Below are positions 58,580-64,000 of a stretch of 64,000 bases of DNA, one piece after another; the first letter of the stretch is position 1; each line of letters begins with the position of its first letter. Source of the stretch: an uncultured Clostridium sp. (GTDB taxonomy: Bacteria > Bacillota > Clostridia > Oscillospirales > Ruminococcaceae); NCBI GenBank assembly GCA_964621265.1, contig CAZULQ010000008.1, positions 49-64,048 of the forward strand, written 5' to 3'. The notes under the pieces were generated by a model. That model did not search any database and was not told where the DNA came from. It saw nothing but the letters and a program-made list of their open reading frames with translations. The translations under genes were made by a program, and so were the position numbers.

Positions 58580-60400
58580 TTAACCCAATTTAGTTTCGCC
58601 GATAAGTGCACGTCTTAAAAGAACGCAGTCCATTGAGTTTATAAGACCATCGCCTGTGCAGTCAGCATTGAGCATAGCTGTTTTACCAAGAGGATTTTCC
58701 TCTGAATCTGCAATAAACATCATAAGAGCTACTATGTCAGCAACATCAACTAGACCATCTGCATTCACGTCGCCTCTGAGTGTTACAGAAGAGCCCGCAA
58801 CAGGTATTGCATAAACACCGTAAATTGTAGCTGACTGAGCAGTTGCACTTACAAACATATTCTTCATATCAGCAAGAGCAACTTCATTAGCTTCAAGTGT
58901 TTCAGTAATGTTGTTATAGTCAAAATATGCAAGGAAGCTGTCCTCTTCATTTGCTGTAACAGTATACCAGCCGCCCTGGAAAATAACTGTCGGTGCAACG
59001 TCTGAGTCATGAACAACTACAAGCTTGTAGTTTTCATTCACATAATCCTTCCAGCCGCTTATAGTGAAATTTTTCCACGCGGCAATTTCCTTACCTTCGT
59101 CAGCACGGAAAAGTTCAACCCAGTCACTGCCGATGTTAACATCATCCCATGAGAATACAGGCTTTACATATTCCGCATAATCAGGAAGCTTATATCCTGT
59201 GATGCCGAGTGTGTCCATCATAGCCGCAACAACAGGCTTTGAGTTAGGATACCATGTATTTGTTGCTCTGTAAACATAGCCGTGTGCTTCACCTGTGCCG
59301 TTATATTCAGCATTGTTATCCCAGAGTACGCAAGGAATGCCTGCATCCTTGGCTCTTGAGAGATAATACTTAGCCCATGCAACTCTTGAGTCAGTATTTT
59401 CAAAGTCAGAAGCACTGAATTCGCCGATTACAATCGGAGCACCCTTACTGCTTGAAATACCCTTTAAGCTGTTGAAAAGACTGTCAAGGTGATATTCATA
59501 GCTTTCGCCCCAGCCGCTCGAACCAGGGAATTCATGATTAGCCTTGTCTGATGTATCCATTGTGAAGAAATAAGGCGCATATGCATGAACTGAAAGCGCT
59601 ACGTTTCCTGCACCGCTTGGGATTTCAATTGCGTTTATAGCCTCAGCTGATGAAGAAGCACAGTAGCCAGGGAGCATGAGCATACGCTCTGCGTTCTGAG
59701 CTGAACCCTGTCCTCTTACAGTTTTTATAAATTCAGCATTGAGGTCATTGATATACTTTCTTGAATAGCTGTCACCTGCGCCCCATTCAACAGAGCTTCC
59801 GAGACCTGTCTGACGAGGCTCGTTCATACCCTCAAAGATAAGGTGCTGGTCATAGTCAGCAAATGTTTCTGCAACCTGTGCCCAGATGTCAGTAAGCTTG
59901 TTCTGAGCGTCTGCATATGTAGCATCTGTAAACTCAGCAACATTTACCCATTCCTCATGATGAACATTGATAATAATGAACATTCCGAGTTCATAAGCAT
60001 AGTCAACGTTTTCCTTTACGTAATCGAGCCATTTCTGGTCGATTTCATAGAAATCGTTTGCTTCATCGTAAGTAAGGTGCTGATACCATGTTATTGGTAT
60101 TCTTACTGTATTGAAACCGCCTGCCTGAACAGTTTCAAAAAGCTCCTTGGTTGGTACCGGGTTGCCCCAGCTTGTAACAAATTTTTCCGGCGCCGCATTA
60201 ACCTTGAGGTTAGCGTTTGTAGCGTCGAATGTGTTACCGAGATTCCAGCCGATTTTCATCTGAGAAGTAATTTCAGCAGATGAAAGTCCTGAAAGCGTTG
60301 CCGCATCGACTGTTTCTTCGACATTTCCTGATACACCTATCATACACATAAGACAGGCAGCCGAAGTCAGGACTGACATGATTTTCTTTTTGATTGACAT
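58580..60400 (-). CDS. GH5 (subfamily 4-like) endoglucanase with an extra ~125-aa module and C-terminal dockerin
   Basis: Signal peptide; GWNLGNT, WGNP, RIPITW, INVHHE, FEGMNEP (acid/base), SVHAY, IGEF (nucleophile), LWDN; GDVNADG...DCTGDG dockerin. Confidence 0.93.
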   Translation of the reverse strand: MSIKKKIMSVLTSAACLMCMIGVSGNVEETVDAATLSGLSSAEITSQMKIGWNLGNTFDATNANLKVNAAPEKFVTSWGNPVPTKELFETVQAGGFNTVRIPITWYQHLTYDEANDFYEIDQKWLDYVKENVDYAYELGMFIIINVHHEEWVNVAEFTDATYADAQNKLTDIWAQVAETFADYDQHLIFEGMNEPRQTGLGSSVEWGAGDSYSRKYINDLNAEFIKTVRGQGSAQNAERMLMLPGYCASSSAEAINAIEIPSGAGNVALSVHAYAPYFFTMDTSDKANHEFPGSSGWGESYEYHLDSLFNSLKGISSSKGAPIVIGEFSASDFENTDSRVAWAKYYLSRAKDAGIPCVLWDNNAEYNGTGEAHGYVYRATNTWYPNSKPVVAAMMDTLGITGYKLPDYAEYVKPVFSWDDVNIGSDWVELFRADEGKEIAAWKNFTISGWKDYVNENYKLVVVHDSDVAPTVIFQGGWYTVTANEEDSFLAYFDYNNITETLEANEVALADMKNMFVSATAQSATIYGVYAIPVAGSSVTLRGDVNADGLVDVADIVALMMFIADSEENPLGKTAMLNADCTGDGLINSMDCVLLRRALIGETKLG

Positions 60401-60548
60401 TAGATTCCCCTCCTAAAATCTTGCTGGCAGAATAATTCTGCCTGTTATCTTCCGCATGCGTGCCTTATATCTCATAGCACGCAGACGTCTTTCTGATATA
60501 TCTCTCCGGAATTCCAGGCAAGATGAACCCACAGAGCTATATATACAC

Positions 60549-60577
60549 ATTTTACAATAAATAATCACAGATGTCAA
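60549..60577 (-). promoter_or_regulatory. SigA promoter for GH5 gene
   Basis: TTGACA-17 nt-TAAAAT about 150 nt upstream of the ATG. Confidence 0.75.
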
Positions 60578-60602
60578 TATTTTTTGTTTTATTCAGAACA
60601 AA

Positions 60603-60627
60603 GGGCAGAATATCGACTATTCTGCCC
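60603..60627 (-). terminator. Intrinsic terminator after cytidylate kinase-like gene
   Basis: GGGCAGAATA-TCGAC-TATTCTGCCC perfect 10-bp stem. Confidence 0.75.
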
Positions 60628-60634
60628 CGCTTTT

Positions 60635-61231
60635 TTATTCAACTGCACTAATAATTATGTCAGCACACTTTTCTATGCCATAAAAACCGCTGTCCAGCGA
60701 AAGATGATATCCATGCATACCACCCCAGTTTGTACCTGTAAAACTCTCACAGTAAATACGTCTTTTTTTATCCATCTGCTTAATTCTCTTTTCAGGAGAC
60801 TTAGGCGTCTCACCATAGACATTAAGAATTCTTTCGACTCTCTTTTCTACAGGAGCATGAATAAAAACGTTAAGGCAATTTTCTCTTTCACGAAGGATAT
60901 AATCTGCACATCGTCCGACTATGACACAGTTTCCTTCGTCTGCCGCCTCACAAATGATACTTTTCTGAATGTTATAAACTTCATTGTAAAGCGACAGAAT
61001 TCCTCCGGTCGGGTCATTGCCAACTGCAAGATTAAAAAGCAGACTTGATGTCACAGACGCATATTCACCGCTCTGAGCAATAAACTTTTCAGAAAGACCG
61101 CTCTTTTTTGCAGTTTCCTCAATGATTTCTCCGTCAAGGAATTTCCAGCCAAGCTTTTCTGCAACCATCTTGCCGATAAGTCTTCCTCCGCTGCCGTATT
61201 CACGACTGATTGTAATAATGTTAATACCCAT
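60635..61231 (-). CDS. Cytidylate kinase-like family protein
   Basis: ITISREYGSGGR, CVIVGRCADYIL, VFIHAP, DKKRR. Confidence 0.85.
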   Translation of the reverse strand: MGINIITISREYGSGGRLIGKMVAEKLGWKFLDGEIIEETAKKSGLSEKFIAQSGEYASVTSSLLFNLAVGNDPTGGILSLYNEVYNIQKSIICEAADEGNCVIVGRCADYILRERENCLNVFIHAPVEKRVERILNVYGETPKSPEKRIKQMDKKRRIYCESFTGTNWGGMHGYHLSLDSGFYGIEKCADIIISAVE

Positions 61232-61256
61232 ATATAAACCTCCTTCTTATATACAT

Positions 61257-61283
61257 AAAGACCCGGACTCAATCCGGGTCTTT
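61257..61283 (-). terminator. Intrinsic terminator after GH9 gene
   Basis: AAAGACCCGGA-CTCAA-TCCGGGTCTTT. Confidence 0.8.
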
Positions 61284-61295
61284 TATAGTCACTGT

Positions 61296-63998
61296 TTACT
61301 TTCCAAGCTGTGAGTAATTAATAATCATAGCAACATAGTTCATAATCAGAACACTGTCAGATGAGTCAATAACTCCGTTTTTAGCACAGTCTGAGTTAGC
61401 TAATGATACGTCGGAAAGTGAATTTGTTGTCGAATTGAGAAGATACATATTAATTGCTACAACGTCTGCAACGTCAACTGACTTGTCATCATTAACATCA
61501 CCGTACTTAGTAGCAGTTACATTAGGAACTGTTGCACCCTGAGATGATGTTGTTGTAGAAGTTGTTGTCTTGATTGCAATTGTTGTGGACGGTGTTGTAG
61601 TTGTTGCAATTCCCTGATTATCAAGTGAATATTCACATGTCACTGACTCAATTGTAATCGGGCTGTTACCCCACCAGTAACCAAACTGGAATATACCTGT
61701 ATCATATTCGATTTCATCCTGAATTGATGACACATCAAATACATACTTACCCGAGTTTACAGATGAAGCTGTGAGATCAAGCCAGTTGTCAGCATTGCTT
61801 GTTACTGAAATACCGCCACCGTATGAGATAGAATCTGATGTATTAAGCTTAACAATAATCTTTTCAGCCTTTGCGCCACTTGGAACAAGCTCTGAAAGTG
61901 AAATCTTATACATCTTATTTGTTTCGCTTGAACTGTCAAGCTGAGTATTTACATTCACAACTGTTGAGCCTTCTGAAGAAGGTGCTGTTGTTGTTCTTGT
62001 TGTAGTAGTTGTTCTGATTGTAGTTGAAGTAGTTGTTGTAACCTTTGGAGCTGTAGTGATTGTAGTAACAGATGCACCTTCCTTTGAGTAAATGCAGGTT
62101 ACAGATTCAATTGTAATAGGACTGTTGCCCCACCAGTAGCCAAACTGGAATATACCTGTACCGTATTCAATTTCATCCTGGATTGATGATACATCAAATA
62201 CATACTTGCCTGAATTTACAGATGAAGCTGTAAGGTCAAGCCAGTTGTCAGCATTGCTTGTTACAGAAATACCGCCGCCGTATGAGATTGATTCTGATGT
62301 ATTGAGCTTAACTATAATCTGTTCAGCCTTTGCACCGCTTGGCACAAGCTCTGAAAGTGAAATCTGATACATCTTGTTGTTTTCGCTTGAACTGTCAAGC
62401 TGAGTATTTACTGTCACAACTGTTGAGCCTTCTGAAGAAGGTGCTGTTGTTGTTCTTGTTGTAGTAGTTGTTCCACCCTGGTTATTTGATGTTGAAACAG
62501 TAGTAGTCTTTATTGTTGTAGTAGTAGTTGTTGTGACCTTTGGAGTTGTAGTAGTGGTAGTTGGCTGTGTTGAACCGCCGTCTACGCCAGGAACAGAAGA
62601 AGCAATTGACTGTCCTGAACCGTATTTAAGGTAAAGACCTGCAAGTGCGCCAACAAATGCTGCGTTATAGTCTGTTGCAACTTCAGTATATTCATACTTT
62701 TCAACGTCATCAACATAAGAGTCATTTGAGTCAGGACCGCCAACAAGCGCACCTACGAGAACGTGCTTGAATGGAACGCCCTGATTTTGTGACGGGAAGT
62801 TTGAGTAGCCTGAAGCCGCTCTGTGGTGAGGTTTTGTAACAGAATTGCTGTCATAGCCTACCATGTAGCAGTAACCTGCACTGTTATTACCAAAGAGATA
62901 TTCCATCTGTCCCTTTGCCCATGCTGAATAAGTTGAACTGTTCTTATACTTGTCATAAACAAGACCTACAAGCTGAGTTGCTGTATTGTATCTTGCAGAG
63001 CCCCAGTTATTACGGCATGCATAACCGCCTGATGTGTTGAAGCTGTTCTTGTTTGTATCAACGTTTGCTGATACTCTGTCCCACTCATTTGCGTAGATTG
63101 CATTAACTGCAGGCCATACGCTGTCCCAGCAGAGCGGATAGTCAGATGTATAGGCATAGTTTGACTGAGAAATCCAGTTTGCGCAGTCTGACTTGTATGA
63201 AGATGTGTTTGTAGCCTTGTAAAGTAAGATTGAAGCAAGAGCTAAGTCATCAAGATAGCTTGTACCTGTATAGTATGACTGTGACTGATGATTTGCCTTG
63301 TTATTTGACTTTGCAAATGCGTAAAGAGCCTTGGCATATGTAAGGTCCTCAGAGTTTCCGAAGTTAATGTAGTTCATTGCAAGTGCCGCAGCTGTTTCAG
63401 CAACAACGTCTGTACAAGGATTGCTTGATGTTGCAAAGTAAGCAGGTCTTGCAAGAGTCTGGCTTTCAGGTGAGCACCACTGTGCATGGTCAGTATCACC
63501 GTCACCAACCTGATAACAGAACGCCTGAACGCTTGAACCGCTCATTACAGTACATCTCTTGAAGTAGTCACAGAAATAATCTGTGATAGTCTGGAGGTGA
63601 CCCGCCTGTCCTGTCTTTGTATAGGCATCCTTGAATTCGTAGTAGCCCCAGCCGAGCATTGTAGCCGAGTAAGCACCAGGAAGACCAAACTTAACGTGGT
63701 CACCTGCGTCGTGGAAGCCACCGCTTAAATCAAGTGTACCGTATGGAGTTGAAACAGCTGAGTCATAAGTATGACAGTCATCTCTCCAGTTGAGCTGTGA
63801 TGTTTCTCCAACCTGTCCGCCGCACATGTTTGCGTCGTAAAGATAGAGTGAATACTGAAGTGCCTTAGCATAGTTTACGCTTGAAGCAGCTTCAATAACC
63901 TGTGTTTCTACGGCTGTCATAGGAACTAACGCCGTAGCGGCAACTACAATACCTGTTACCGCAGCTTTGATTCTGTTCAAAAGCTTTTTGCCTTTCAT
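61296..63998 (-). CDS. GH9 endoglucanase with two tandem CBM79-like modules and C-terminal dockerin
   Basis: Signal peptide; DLSGGFHDAGDHVKF, PHHRAAS, LVGALVGGP, YVDD...EVATDYNA; Thr linkers; duplicated module ending FQFGYWWG; YGDVNDD...DCAKNG dockerin. Confidence 0.94.
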   Translation of the reverse strand: MKGKKLLNRIKAAVTGIVVAATALVPMTAVETQVIEAASSVNYAKALQYSLYLYDANMCGGQVGETSQLNWRDDCHTYDSAVSTPYGTLDLSGGFHDAGDHVKFGLPGAYSATMLGWGYYEFKDAYTKTGQAGHLQTITDYFCDYFKRCTVMSGSSVQAFCYQVGDGDTDHAQWCSPESQTLARPAYFATSSNPCTDVVAETAAALAMNYINFGNSEDLTYAKALYAFAKSNNKANHQSQSYYTGTSYLDDLALASILLYKATNTSSYKSDCANWISQSNYAYTSDYPLCWDSVWPAVNAIYANEWDRVSANVDTNKNSFNTSGGYACRNNWGSARYNTATQLVGLVYDKYKNSSTYSAWAKGQMEYLFGNNSAGYCYMVGYDSNSVTKPHHRAASGYSNFPSQNQGVPFKHVLVGALVGGPDSNDSYVDDVEKYEYTEVATDYNAAFVGALAGLYLKYGSGQSIASSVPGVDGGSTQPTTTTTTPKVTTTTTTTIKTTTVSTSNNQGGTTTTTRTTTAPSSEGSTVVTVNTQLDSSSENNKMYQISLSELVPSGAKAEQIIVKLNTSESISYGGGISVTSNADNWLDLTASSVNSGKYVFDVSSIQDEIEYGTGIFQFGYWWGNSPITIESVTCIYSKEGASVTTITTAPKVTTTTSTTIRTTTTTRTTTAPSSEGSTVVNVNTQLDSSSETNKMYKISLSELVPSGAKAEKIIVKLNTSDSISYGGGISVTSNADNWLDLTASSVNSGKYVFDVSSIQDEIEYDTGIFQFGYWWGNSPITIESVTCEYSLDNQGIATTTTPSTTIAIKTTTSTTTSSQGATVPNVTATKYGDVNDDKSVDVADVVAINMYLLNSTTNSLSDVSLANSDCAKNGVIDSSDSVLIMNYVAMIINYSQLGK
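61636..62473 (-). repeat. Intragenic direct duplication (about 380 bp unit, 459 bp period) encoding the two CBM-like modules
   Basis: 61636-62014 and 62095-62473 align nearly base for base, with mostly synonymous differences. Confidence 0.92.
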
Positions 63999-64000
63999 GA

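Overview
Chromosomal window of a low-GC Firmicute, most consistent with a Ruminococcus-like Oscillospiraceae member (inferred from gene order and dockerin style). Most of it is a minus-strand housekeeping backbone: metK, efp, leuS, nadD/yqeK/rsfS, ftsY-smc-rnc-plsX, trmFO-topA-dprA, infC-rpmI-rplT, a clpC-like ATPase, truA, ECF ATPases, glmM and ruvCAB. Sporulation genes are present (intact sigK, spoIIR, spoIIAA-spoIIAB-sigF). There are three dockerin-bearing secreted proteins: a GH5_4-like endoglucanase, a GH9 with tandem CBM79-like modules, and a non-catalytic InlB-B-repeat/CBM-like protein. Cis-regulatory RNAs visible in the sequence are a SAM-I riboswitch (metK), an L20 leader (infC) and a c-di-GMP-I (GEMM) riboswitch with terminator in front of the non-catalytic dockerin protein. 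That riboswitch-gene unit is the most notable item: a second-messenger switch, predicted OFF when ligand is bound, apparently controlling a putative cellulosomal adhesin that shares a module family with the GH9. Other candidates are unannotated structured 5' leaders (GH5, rpsU, efp), a hairpin between the SD and start codon of the Clp ATPase, and a convergent pair of GTAG-type REP palindromes. I found no rRNA, tRNA, CRISPR array, integrase or transposase. All family calls come from motif recognition by eye; no database searches were run.
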